Program-made: the position numbers and the translations under genes
Shown here: positions 47,004 to 63,569 of the stretch, one piece after another
Position numbering within the stretch: position 1 is the first letter of the stretch
Layout of the letters: every line of letters starts with the position of its first letter
Assembly: GCF_009914755.1 (NCBI RefSeq)
Contig: NC_060931.1
From: the human T2T-CHM13v2.0 reference genome, Homo sapiens
DNA: 64,000 nucleotides
Strand: one strand, 5' to 3'
The notes under the pieces: generated by a model
What the model saw: only the letters and a program-made list of their open reading frames with translations
Told to the model about the DNA's origin: nothing
Databases searched by the model: none

Positions 47004-48319
47004 TGTGTCTCCAGCCCACGAACTTCTGGCTGGCTAGAGCTGCATTCTCTCTCTTTTCTGCTCTTTTCTTCCTGACACCCTATTAGAAAATTAGGGTTAT
47101 TTCTTGATTTCCTTTATTCAGTTCTCCCTGATCCCTCTACATATGCCACCATCATACAGGCATATAGCTAATCTTTACTTGGGTTTAGTCTCTTCAAAAA
47201 CAGACCTATTTATAGCTTCCCAATATATAACTGCATGTTAAATGCAACACCTATACTTCAGCTCTCTTATTTATAATTTGAATTTTGAAATTCGGAATTG
47301 TTCCATGGTTCAAAAATCACCTTTGGGCGGGTTGTTTTGCCAAGAAAACCTTTTATCAAAAACAAACAGTTCACTGGCTGGCAATACACACTTTACTGGA
47401 ATGGCCTCCCATAGTTTGAGAAGCTCATATCTGGTTGTAGCCCAACTGGTCAAGGGTGTTATTGTCTGTCTCTTGGGAAACCACTAAAGGAAAGAGTAGG
47501 AAGTAGGCACCCTTGGGGAAAATGGCAAAGCCTATAGGGTTTCAAATAGAACACAGTAGGCAACTAAGAAAAGTAAAAACAACCAATTTTTTTTTTTTGT
47601 TGTTGTTGTTTTTAATTAGAGCCTCAACCAAACTCAAATACAATTTGCATGACCACAGCTGAATTCGCCTATCATGTATACCACAGGACATTTGCTTTTC
47701 CTGGTTACAGCATGACTCAGACTTTATTTAAATCCTTTTTACAAAGAAATAAGGGAGATAAAAGTGACAGAAATAAAGTCATTGTTTGCTCTCTGCCCAG
47801 GCAGCATGGGGACAGAGGCTGATCTGAGGTCAACCCAAAGGCCCCATCGGTTGGGCTGTTATTGCCATATGGCCTGCGGGGCTTTGTTATATTTGTGGGT
47901 TGGACCTTACTCCTACAATCACTTGTTCTCAACAGCCCAGGTGTTTCCAAATCCTATTTCACTGGTTGAATTCATCTGATATTCACAGTCCTTGAGGCTA
48001 GTGCTGAGAATGAGGTGGGAGGCACCTCTCACAGAGGGCTAGCCAGTCTAGATACGTAACAAGGAAAGAATTATTCCAAGCAACAGAAGATATCTGCGTT
48101 TTCCTGGCAGATCCAGAGACAGAGAAACTCACAGGCCCCAGATCTTGGCAGGAGATAGGAAGTGGTATGAGCACAAAAGGGGAGCTACGCACCATTAACA
48201 AGGAAACAGAATCTGAAAACTCCAAAGAACACGCACGTGGATGTTCCCACACCCGTCTGCTCTTCCACATTCCAGAGACTCCCGGCCTCTAAAAGACACC
48301 TTTTTATTATGGATAATAC

Positions 48320-48517
48320 TGGTGGTATGCTGGCATGCTGACACTGGGTAGGGGTGGGGTGGGGTGGGGTTGATCTATTGCCAATTTCCTTGGTATAAAT
48401 ACTGCTTCCATGGCCCATTTCAAGCAAACAACATTTTAACTACTAGCCCTTAAAAATCCTGATTATTTAACAACCAGCTCCTGCAAGCTGGTATGAACTG
48501 GCTCCAGCACACCACTG
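48320..48517. mobile_element. MER63-like hAT MITE with an intact 8-bp TSD
   Basis: TIRs tggtggtatgctgg and ccagcacaccactg; TSD gataatac at 48312-48319 and 48518-48525. Confidence 0.85.
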
Positions 48518-48539
48518 GATAATACTTAACACACTAGAA

Positions 48540-50278
<1,739 letters not shown>

Positions 50279-50889
50279 TGACTATCAGGGCTCTCCATCA
50301 TCAGACCCCACCTTCCCACTGGCCACCATGGCCTCTGACTGGGTTTCAGGCCAGCTCCTTTCTGTCCATGACCTTCGACACTAATTCCTGCTCACACTTC
50401 CCTCAGCCCAGGAACTCTCCCTGCATCCTGCCCTTCTCATGCCCACTGGCCTTTCAGAGTGCACTTCAAGTCCCCTCCACCATGAAGCTTCTCCTCCCAG
50501 TTCTGGTCTCCACTGACCTTCACCTTCTTTATACGACATTCATTCAAATGCTTACAGCCATGGATTCACAGAAGCCTTACTTGGAAGGCTGGACTGGAGA
50601 TCACCTAATTCAGCTTTCTTCCTAACTAGGAAGCGGGTTTACAGCTCAGGGGCAGCAGTGCAATGCAGCTGGAGAGTCACAGGGGCCCTGAATGCTGGCT
50701 CTGCCACTGATGAGCTGGAGGCCTCGTGGGCTTCCTCCACTGTCCTGACGTTCGGATATGACACTATACTGAAAATCCTTCAGAAACAAAAAAGAGCACC
50801 TCAGCTGTGTCTACTGGTATTTTACTGGTATTCTATGCCAAACCATATGTAACCATAAAGGTAACTGGTGGGAAGGAGGGGCTCCAGGC

Positions 50890-50938
50890 AGGGCAGACCT
50901 GAAACAAAGCTATTCATCTACGTTAGGGATCCCAACCC
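50890..50938 (+). repeat. 49-bp unique segment duplicated at 52635-52683
   Basis: 47/49 identity by direct comparison. Confidence 0.95.
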
Positions 50939-51547
50939 AACGGCAACTGTAAATAGCTTTGGGTAAAACAGGCTTTTGAGACATTAGAAACAAACAAACA
51001 AAATGTAAAAGTTAAATTCAATTAGACTCTGGGGTAAAATTTAACCTTGAGACTTTAGCACTCTCCACAGTGCTGACCTTTGAAGCTGGAGACAGACTGA
51101 GCAAGGAGAAGGAACTAGCCAGGAACTTCCTCAATTCTATCTCCTGCTTTCCCGAAGCCCACCCATAATGCCGGCCCACGAGTCTTCCTTCACCAGCTCT
51201 CAGAAATATTCTTGTCCTCGACTTCTGCCAAGCCAGTGTCCACATACAGGGTGACCAGGGATCAAACCCCAGAGGCCTGGGCCAAGGGGCCATTCTTCAA
51301 GGAGGACTCTGCCCCCACGCTTGGTACCGAGTCCCTGACGACCCTCCTCTCACACTTGGTCATCTCGCTTCAGCGTCCTCCCCTCATGCCCAATCTGATC
51401 CAGGTTTCTCCTAAAGTCAAACAAACAAGCAAGCAAACCAACCAACCAACCAACCAAATATCTCATGTTAATCTCACTTTGCATTCATCTACTTATTTTT
51501 CCTGTCATCCGCACCCTTCTTTCTCAACTACAATAAGTAGCTTGAGG

Positions 51548-51838
<291 letters not shown>

Positions 51839-52325
51839 GTAGCTTGAGGATTTTTCTCCTGCAAACCCTTGATTTTTATTCCTCCCACATGGCTTCCACC
51901 CTTCCTGCTATGGCGCAACATCCCTTTCAGGGGACAACGAGGGCCACCTCCGCTGGTCTCTTCTTTTGGTAGTGAGTGGCTCTGAGCTGTACTGTAGCCC
52001 TAAATTTCTCTGCTGTCTCTTTTCTCACTCTCCACCATTAACTTAGGTGCCCCTTTGACTTTCAACTAGTTTTTCCTTCTGTATATTAATTCAGCCAAAG
52101 CAGAAATGATCAAAAAACCTAATCTCTGCTACTAACTGCTCCCTATTTTTTTACCTTAATCATTTGCATAGACATCCTACAGATATCAGCTATTTACAAC
52201 ATACCAACAAGCGCTCAGACTCCTTCCTCTGACCTTAATACAGAGTGTCTCTAACACCACCATAACAACAGTTTCCAAAGGCTTAAAATTCCTTCCAGCT
52301 CTTTCCTTGGTTACCCTTCTTCTTT

Positions 52326-52633
52326 CTCTCTCTCTCTCTTTTTTTTTTTTTTTAGACAGGGTCTTGCTCTGTCACCCAGGCTGGAATGCAGTGGTACAAT
52401 CATGGCTCCCTGCAGCCTAGACCTCCTGCGCTTAGGTGGTCCTCCCACCTCAGCCTCCTGAGTAGCGGGGACTGCAGTTGCATGCCACTATGCCAGGTTG
52501 ATTTTTGAATTTTTTACAGAGATGGGGGTCTTACTATGTTGCCCAGGCTGGTATTGAACTCCTGGGCTCAAGCAATCCTCCTGCCTTGGTCTCCCAAAGT
52601 GCTGGGATTACAGGTGTGACCCGCTGTGCCCAG
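52326..52633 (-). mobile_element. AluJ-type element with a captured fragment at its 5' end
   Basis: Alu dimer; the TSD acccttcttcttt (52313-52325 and 52680-52692) also encloses the extra fragment. Confidence 0.92.
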
Positions 52634-52855
52634 AAGGGCGGACCTGAAACAAAGCTATTCATCTACATTAGGGATCCCAACCCTTCTTCTTTTTTATCTC
52701 ACATTCAACACTTTTAAAATAAAACCCAACAAACTCCTTTTATGTAAAGTATCAGGAATTTGCTGTGTCTTCCCCATTTTCTTAGCTTATGCCCTAGCTA
52801 TGCATGCACTGACCTGGCTCTCCTGGATAGAGCACTGCCTTCAGCCTCCTGGCCA

Positions 52856-52914
52856 CATCCATCCATCCATCCATCCATCCATCCATCCATCCATCCATCC
52901 ATCCACCCACCCAT
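52856..52914. repeat. (CATC)n microsatellite
   Basis: About 12 perfect units plus cacc variants. Confidence 0.97.
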
Positions 52915-54080
52915 GGTGCTTAGTCACAATTTTTATTCTACTACTCACTAACCAGAAATCTACAAGCATTCTTTATCCTCATTATATTACCAAACTCCTC
53001 CCCTCTAAATGAGTGCCTGGGCCTTCACTTTTTCTTCCATGCATGCTCACTCCATTTGGGCACCCAGTGCCATCTGCCTAGCTAATCTGACCCAGATGCT
53101 CATTTGTTCAAGGTCCTTCAGCATTCAGTTCAGTTCAAATGTCTGTAATGTGACTTGTTCATGTTGAGCTTTGAGAACATTCTTCAGTCATTTCATGTCT
53201 TCTGTTTACAAGCAGACTGTAAGCTCTTTCAAGTCAATAAGGAGGTCTGCCTTTTTTTTTTTTTTTTTAAACACTGAGCTGCCCAGATGGTGCTTTCAAG
53301 ATAGCAATTATGTGATAGGTCCTGCCGATAGACAGTGACTATTGGGGGCCAGAAGCCAATTTCTGTAAGGACTGGCAATGACACCCAATCAAAGACACAC
53401 AAGAGAAAAGCGTAGGGATGACATGGTAGCCTGTTTCGGGAGACTGCCATTGTCAAAATAATTCACTAGTGTACTGAAGAGCAATGTTTTCCCTGTTTTG
53501 TTCCTCCTTCAAAGAAAAGGTCAAGAAGAGTGTTTAAAAAAAAAATCACAGTTTAAAATGAGGGAGGAATGTCAAGCTATTATTTCCAGCTACCATGGAT
53601 TCAGGCCTTCTGAGACTTGAGGAGCAGGGGCTGCCGTGGTGTGTCCTCTGAAAGAGGCCTTTGCCACGAAAGCACAGAAGACCCAGGGCTCACTGGAACC
53701 ATCAAGGGTCCTCTGGTTCTTCTTAAAGTCAAAGATTAGGTGCCAAAATGTCAGTTTATGTACTGGCAAATATCATCTTCTTCCTTGGGGCTTTAAGTAC
53801 TCAGATAAGATGCAACAGAATGAACTGTCCCACAGAGTAAATAACTTTCTGGGAGTAGGTAAAAGACTCTCAGAAAAGCAGTCACTCTTTTAGAAGGCCA
53901 TAAATGAATACAATCATTTGTTAAGAGGCACCACAGTACAACAAGACACCATATTTTGGGGATATGGACTGATGCCTTCTAGTCCTCCATAAAGTGCTGA
54001 TATAACAAAAAGATGTTAGAAATGTATTAGACAACTTCGTAACAACATGAAGAAAACAAAATTTAAAAAATCCACATTCT

Positions 54081-54389
54081 GGCTGGGTACAGTGGCTCAC
54101 ACCTATAATCCTAGCAGTTTGGGAGGCCGAGGCAGGTAGACGGCCTGAGGTCAGGAGTTCTAGACCAGCCTGGCCAAAATGGCGAAACCCGTCTCTGCTG
54201 CTATACAAAAATTAGCTGGGTGTAGTGGCAGGCTCCTGTAATCCCAGCTACTCAGGAGGCTGAGGCAGAAGAATCGCTTGAACCTTGTTGGGGGGCAGAG
54301 GTTGCAGTGAGCCGAGATTGCGCCACTGCACTCCAGCCTGGGCAACAGAGCGAGACTCCTTCTTAAAAAAAAAAAACAAAACAAAAAAA
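54081..54389 (+). mobile_element. AluS-type element
   Basis: TSD aaaaa(c)tccaca(t/c)tct. Confidence 0.95.
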
Positions 54390-55142
54390 CTCCACACTCT
54401 AACTCTAACACAATAAATTTTCATTTAACTCCTTAAATACATAGTTGTAATCATAGTATCATATAATTTTGCATTCTTTTTGTCACTTGATAGCCTATAG
54501 TTACCCTTGCATAGTTTTGGTCTTTCTACTTATAATCAAGTCCACCAATTATTAATATTCCATCTTATAAACTTTGTCACTGCTCATTTGCTGATTTTGG
54601 TTGTTTTTAATATTTAATCTTTAGAAACAGTTGGATAATCACATATACACATATAGCTTTTAAAAAATTAATTACTTATAATTTTAAGGAATGAGATTAT
54701 CAGGTAAAAGGATATAAAAATATTCATGGCTGGGGATATGATTTGAAAAACTGACCTTTAGAAGAACTGTACACATACATAGTTTTTAATTAATTTTATA
54801 ATTTTTGATCTACCCTTTGTGACAACTAGTAACACTGCAGAGTGTCACTAATCTGGTGCTGAATCACTGCTGCAGGATCCTAATGTAGTGACTGCCATTT
54901 CAGAAGTGGTACTGACTCACTAGCTTTTATAATCAGAAAACAACAACAAAGAATGAGCTGCTTTTTAGAAACATTGCCAGATTCTCGGGAAAATATTTGT
55001 ACATTTGTATAATATATAAAACATATTGGTTAATTTCCTTTATACATTAGAACAATCTAGTTTCATAGGTGTTAAGTAGTAAATATATTCTATTTTACTT
55101 TGGCTTATCTTTTAGGTAAGAACAAAGAAAGCAATTACTTGT

Positions 55143-55444
55143 GGCTGGGAGCGGTGGCTCGCACCTGTAATCCCAGCAGCACTTTGGGAGGCCGAGATGG
55201 GTGGATCACCTGAGGTCAGGAGTTCGAGACCAGCCTGACCAATATGATGAAACCCTGTCTCTACTAAAAATACAAAAATTAGCTGGGTGTGATGGCATGC
55301 ACTGTCATCTCAGCTACTCGGAAGGCTGAGACAGGCGATCGCTTGAACCCAGGAGGTGGAGGTTGCAGCAAGCCGAGATCAAACCATTGCACTCCAGCCT
55401 GGGTGACAAGCGCAAAACTCCATCTCAAAAAAAAAAAAAAAAAA
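55143..55444 (+). mobile_element. AluS-type element
   Basis: Full dimer; degenerate TSD aagcaattacttg/aagcagttacctg. Confidence 0.94.
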
Positions 55445-55580
55445 GCAAGCAAGCAAGCAGTTACCTGCATATGATATGCAACTAAAATCAACGGTATCTT
55501 ATGCAATAGTAGATAACCTCAGTGTTAACTAAGTAAGTATAATTAATGTGAAATGCTATTTTAAAAAGGTATGATTTACT

Positions 55581-55901
<321 letters not shown>

Positions 55902-57602
55902 TCATTTAACTGGGTGTCTGGTGAGACATTTCTCACCTGAGGCATGGATAAATATCTGAAGTTTGATTAGAAAAAATTAACAAATGGAATCTATTCTGTT
56001 AGAGTTTAATGCCATTAATTTTGTGATTAAAAGTTACAAATGCTATTCAAAATTTCTGGGTCTGACTGGTTACAGTTGCACATTAAATTGGATATTAGCT
56101 GTTCTATTTAGTTGAGATAAAATCCAGCTTTGAATCCAAATGGTTAAAAATGGTGAAGTAAAAGAAGACTGATGACTGTTTTAGAAATGCAATTATTTAC
56201 ATGATTGGCTTTTGTCTGTATGCCTTTCAAATGTCAAGATATTCTGAAAATAATCAAATAACCATGAAAGAATTCACGTGGAAGGATCACTTTAACCTGT
56301 GCCTTATATAATGTAGTCAATTTACAGAAAAGCCAATTCCACGTTCTTATCCAAAACAATAAAATCAATGATGCAGCCTTAAAATCTCTTCCTCTGGATT
56401 AATCCCTTTACCTAACAACTACATTCTAAAAACTGAGGACTTATCATTCTGGATAGGGAGTGACCTTTTGGGAAGAATCACAGAGTCCTCTCCCCAGCCC
56501 GAGACCACTATCAATCCCCTTGGCTAGGGGGTCAACTGTGTACTCAGCTTCCTTTTAAGTCATTTCAAAGGATGAACAATAAACAGAAGCCGTGCTCTCC
56601 CAATTTGAGGCATTGGTGATCTGGCAGGGGAGATAACACCCAAATAGGGAGATAATTGTATTGTGACTGTACATAATTAAAGGCAGCGGTGACAGTAATA
56701 AGCCCGTTTTTTCTTTTGTAGACTGAGAGAGAAAGATCTTAAAAAGTTGTCTTCTTGAATTCAGCCTTTCAAGACTCATTGGTGAATGAGAAAATGAGAC
56801 ATCTGGTTCTCCAAAATGTATCTGTTGAGCATGGTTCTTACACGGATGGTATCTGGCAAATAGAGATGAGCATGAGACCACATAAATGCCACAGGAAATT
56901 CCCAGGTCTCACTGAACTGTTTCATTCGCAAAAACACTGTCACAGCCAGTGGGCGGGTGGGGGGGACACATTAAGTGATGAAATAAAACGTACTAAAGCA
57001 CAGAATGTCAGATACTTCACACACACACAAAAACTACAATTACGCTAGGCTACATCAATTATCATGGAATAAAAAGATTACAAACATTACAAATGTGTGA
57101 GTGTGGTTTTTTTAGGAAATTAATTAAATATAAAGAGCTATTGATGGTGGTCATATGGCAATGAGGTCAACACGAAAGCCAGGCACTAGAGTACCCATGG
57201 ATGAATTTTCAACTGGAATAATCAAGCTTTATTTACTTTTTGTGGCCATGATTTTAACCTTTTACTTATTGAGATGCCAAGACAAATCAAAACGGCACAC
57301 AATTAACCTGTTAAATTTATTTTTCACAAGGCCTGCTAAAAGATGTGGTTGAAATTACTCTCAAATTGCTTTCGGAGGTTTGGCAAGTGAGACAATACAA
57401 GAAAAACTAAACATTTTCAAGTCATATTGTTTTGAGAGGCGGGCCTGAGAAGGTTCAAGTCCTAAAAGGCTGTTGTCCTACAAGGCTGTTTGTTTTTCCG
57501 GGCGGGTTGGGGTTGCCAGACTCAAAGAGTCCCCCTGATCTGCATTCTGAATTGAGATTCTGGACATTGCCACCCAGCTCTTCATATGTCTAAGGAAACT
57601 GT

Positions 57603-58354
<752 letters not shown>

Positions 58355-58852
58355 CAAAATAGGTTTTTAAAGCCAATTTTAAATACCTTCTAGTTCTCAT
58401 TACAACTTGAAAAATAACACTTTAAAACTCCACAACTGGAAACAATGAACCAAAAGAGTGATCTGCTACAGAAAGAACATTAAGATATTTTTATAATACT
58501 TGAAAACAAAGTATTACAACTGGAATTCAGGGAATTGAAATTGGCATGTCAAACAATAATAGAAGATTCTAAAGGTAAAAAGTAGAATAATTAAAAGAAA
58601 TAGTAATTATACCAAAGACAGGTTTATAGAAAACAACACTGGTGAACTTTGTATTTACTGACTTACTTAAAAAGAACTTCTAGCGTGACATTTTTTCTAA
58701 CATTGTAATTGCCCTGCACCTATCTTTACATGAGTCTCCATAAACACTGCTGAATGTAGATCAGAAAATTGAAGATGATTAAGAACTGTTTATCTGATCT
58801 GTGTACCAAAATGGATTAGACTCATTGGTAGTACTTTCAGTTGAGAATAAAG

Positions 58853-59140
58853 TTTTTTTTTTTGACAGAGTCTCTCGCTGTGCCACCCAGGCTAGAGTGC
58901 AATGGCATGATCTCGGCTCACTGCAACCTCCGTCTCCTGGTTCAAGCAATTCTCCTGCCTCATCCTTCCAAGTAGCTGGGATTACAGGCGCACGCCACCA
59001 CCCCAGCTAATTTTTTTGCATTTTTAGTAGAGACAGGGTTTCACCATGTTGGCCAGGCTGGTCTCGAACGACCTCAGGTGATCTGCCTGCCTCGGCCTCC
59101 CAAAGTGCTGGGATTATAGGTGTGCGCCACTGCACCCGGC
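58853..59140 (-). mobile_element. AluS-type element
   Basis: TSD tgagaat(a/c)aagttt. Confidence 0.95.
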
Positions 59141-59756
59141 TGAGAATCAAGTTTTAATGAAGTGACTTTAATGCATTTATGAGAAATGGTCATCACTAAA
59201 ATCTAAGCCTTGAATGTGATAGTTCAGATTCAAGGCAAAGAATTTTTTAATTCCTCCCATTTGTTTGCTACTTATACCTCTGGTTTAAAAAGATACATCT
59301 GAAGTTTAACATTATATGATTCTAGATTTTTATAAAAGATTTTTATGAGTTTCTTATAGTTTATGTCTATAGCTTACTCATTCATTTGTTCAATATTTAT
59401 CTAGTGACCACAGTGTATGCTGAACACTGATTTAGATGCTAAAGATAATGCAGGGAATAAAACAGATGATTCGCCTACAGATGACTCCCTGCCCTCACGG
59501 AATTTACATCTACCTCATAACACTTGAAGATAAGTAGAATTGATTAGCTAGTGATTTAGTTACCTGAAAATCAAATGCTACATTTATGTAAGTTGGCATG
59601 AAATTATAAAATATCTTTCATAGCGAGGACCAGTCAAGATGATAAAAACTACTGGGTAAGTTCTAAATATGTCATACCAAGTAACCATTAACTATTTGTA
59701 AAAAAAATGGTCAGTTTAAGTCTTGACTTAGAACATGAAGACTTCAAAAAAAATAA

Positions 59757-60085
<329 letters not shown>

Positions 60086-61059
60086 TAATTAGAATCACTG
60101 AACCAGAATCATAGTTTATTTAATCATCGCAGGTTGTCTTCTACATGACTACCTCATCTTTAACTTCTGTATTAATAAAGAATTTGCACTTTCACTATTC
60201 TCAGTCATGGTATGACTCAATGTTTTAGAACTTAGTATCCTCCTTGCAAAAAGTAATGCGAGCTGGAACAAAGCCCATAAGGTAACATTTACCACCTGGA
60301 ACAATCAAAACAAATATTTTAACAGCAATAGATTTGTGGAGGACAGAAAGTCCTAGTGGCTAGAACAGTGGTGATTAGAAAAGCAGTGGTTAGAACTTTT
60401 TTTTTTTTTTTAATGAAAAAGATGGGAGGGAAGATGGCCACTAAATTGTATTTGAAACCAAAAGAAGTGACCCATCTGCTCTGGGGCCCGTGGAGAGAGA
60501 AGAGAGTGCAGATTACGAACTGGGAATGCAGAAGACAGAAAGATGATCAGCTGGAAACAAACTGAAGGAGTGTGTTGGCTAGCAACACATAATGAGAGTA
60601 GGGGCAGGCTTCTGACCTTGATGGTGGCGGAGCCGCATTCTCTCGCATAATCTGTCAGTTCTCTCTCTCTCTTACAGGAGACCAGCCTGTCTGGGAAAAA
60701 GTCACTTAGCTACCAATGCCTCTGAGCATACGGCCAAATTCCCCCAACCTCCTCTCTGATCAGCTTCTGCCTCTTTTTGTAACACTAAGTGGGTTGGGGA
60801 AGCCCCTGGAGGCTGAGGGCTGTCATAGGCCATCTGTGTGAGGACTCCCAGGGGCTGAGGGAGCTGTGAGGAGGGACGTAGAGACTGGGCTGACACCAGG
60901 TGCTTACCATTATCATGTAAGTTCTCTAACTGTTTCATGTGGGGTCTTCCCTATCCTTCTACCTACAGTGATGGTAGGTAACCTGAAGAAGTCTGACTTT
61001 TTAAAATTGGCACAGAGCAAAGCCCATTCCTAAGGAATGTTAAAAAATTTGCTGACTTT

Positions 61060-61178
61060 GGACAGGGCGTGGTGGCTCACATCTGTAATCCCAGCACTTT
61101 GGGAGGGTGAGCCAGGTGGATCACTTGAGGTCAGGAGTTCAAGACCAGCCTGGCCACCATGGTGAAACCCTATCTGTA

Positions 61179-61216
<38 letters not shown>

Positions 61217-61373
61217 AGCTAGGCAGACTGCAGACTACGCCTGTAGTCCCAGCAACTCGGGAGGCTGAGGCAGAACAATCGTTTGAGCTGAGGAGGCAGA
61301 GGTTGCAGTGAGATGAGCCTACTGCACTTCAGCCCGGATGACAGAGTGAGACTGTCTCAAAAAAAAAAAAAAG
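61060..61373 (+). mobile_element. Alu element with an expanded A34 middle linker
   Basis: TSD aaaaatttgctgacttt; A-run at 61181-61214. Confidence 0.94.
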
Positions 61374-63381
61374 AAAAATTTGCTGACTTTTGGCTGGAGA
61401 TTTTAATTACAAATATAGTAGAGAAGTTAAGATTAATATATAAAAAAGACGGTGCCAATAACTAAATGTTGTGCGGCACTTTTTAGTTTATAAGGAATCT
61501 TCCCTACATCATCTCATTTGGTGCTCAGAGCTGTGGTGGGGAAGGCCTCTCATCAGCTCAGATTTGACACACCTAATGTGGAGTGAGGTGGGTGTTTGGT
61601 TTTTCAATCTTTTAATTCTTTTCCATTATTCCACATATAAAGCAATAAGAAAAATTAAATGCTAAGCCGTATGGTATTGATTAGGTAAAACGGTGACTTA
61701 AAGGAGAGCTCGGTAGTGTCAGAAGAGCGCAAATCCATCCTGGGGATGAGATGCGTGCTGAGCCTGAAAGAGCAAGGTTTTAAACGGAAGGCCTTCCACC
61801 TGTGGAGAGGGCAGGAAGAAAGGCATGAGGATGGGAAGCGGAAAGGCGAGAACAGATTCCAGGCAGCATGGTGCTAGCCCAAAGCAGCAAACCTGGCATG
61901 GACCAAATTCTGGCTCCTTTCCACGAAAGGAAGAAAAATGAACACAGTAATCTATTAATCAATTAGTCTTCTGTTTTCGACTTCAATTCCCAGAGCTAAT
62001 TAATCACTTCATTAAGTAGGAGATTCTCTCTTGGTTTAGGTCATTAATGAATATTACTAAGTAAAGCCTGGTTTATATTTCTAAAACTTTTGCATTTCAA
62101 ACTCCTGGTAGCGCTTACGATGAAGATGTAAAAGAGGTGCCACATATGGACTGGAGGTTCCATCCCAGCTGCCGCTTCCTGCCATCCACCCTGGCTCTTC
62201 TCTGGAACAGCCATCTCCGGACCTGTCCTGGAAGTTCGCACACTTCTGCATTTGCCTTTGTCATCGTAAGGCTAATGCTGGGAAACGTGCTCACGTCTTG
62301 ATTGTATTTATGCTGTGTCTAATTTTAGTTCTATTGTACCAAAATGACTGACATGGGTTTAATTGCTTGATCCAATAGATGCTGGTGCATCAGACCAACA
62401 GAAGCTTGCTCTTACCGTTATTAACCTGATATATTCTGACTAATTCACAGAATGAGGGAGAGTATGTTTTCTTCTTACAGCACATCCTGCTCAGTGACTG
62501 TGTCATCACCAAACATTTAAAAAGAGTCCGTTATGTTAAAAATATTATGCTAACCACCGAGAACACAAAGAGGTGTGGACACAGTCACTGACCTTCAGGG
62601 TACTGACAGGTTGTGCAACAGGTCACTTTACAAACAAGACCAGAGGACAGCATATGAAAAACAGTGAGCAAGGCCACAGGTACTAGGCGCTTGGAGTCTG
62701 GGGCCCCAGACTTGCTTCCATATTTAAATGTCGGCACTCACTTTGCTGCCAGTGACTCTCATCTTATTTCTCACATGCGGACTCGACACAGCATGAGGGG
62801 CAGGCAGGTGGGGAGGTGGCAGCAAAACAAGAATGCATGGTTCTGACCTCAAGAAGCCTGAGAGTTACTGTGGAGAAAAGAAAAAATAATCTGAAAACAG
62901 TTACAAAGTTGATGTCAGCAAGAACCAGACACCATGCTGTGAGTTATATGTTTGTGCAAAGATCACCAGAGAGGAAGTTAGCATGTGACCGATTGGGTGG
63001 GGTTGACCTGAGGTTTCTGGAGCTGTGAGGTGGACCCCCAATCTAGTGACATGAACTGGGACTGGGAGAAGGACAAGGCTTTCTGGCCTAGGAGGTAATA
63101 CTTGCCAACCCCAACGCTTAGATAAGACTCAAAATGATGCTCTTTCTTCAATGATGCCTGAACAGATGGCTGTAATATACTCCTAATTGGTTTTCTCATA
63201 CTTGGTCCCTTTCCCAAAAGCTCCAGTCCACTGAATCATTCTCATGTCAACTTTCCTAAACCTTACATATCTCCAATCAGGTCAGTCGTCTCCTGATCAA
63301 AAGAGAACCAAGTATGCATCGTCACTTTGCAATGGGGCCCCCTAAGGTAACTGCGCTCATTTTTGTTCTGTGCCTCTATGG

Positions 63382-63569
63382 CAGAGTTCAGCAAACACTT
63401 TCCATAAAGAAACAAATACTAAGTCTTTTCGGCTTACCAGGCTATCTATACACCGCAACTCCTCTCTGCTGCATCTACTCATCTCTGCTGACGTGGCACA
63501 AGAGTTGCCAGAGACCACAGGTACATGAATGGATGTGGTTGGCCTGTGGACCCTAGTTTGCTAACCCTG
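63382..63569. mobile_element. MER58A-like hAT-Charlie element, in the opposite orientation to the 13335 copy
   Basis: TIR-like ends cagagttcagcaaac and gtttgctaaccctg. Confidence 0.75.

Noticed and set aside
56975-57100. GTGATGA box C motif suggesting an intronic C/D snoRNA
   Set aside because: It is on the strand opposite the host transcript and has no properly spaced CTGA box D or terminal stem.
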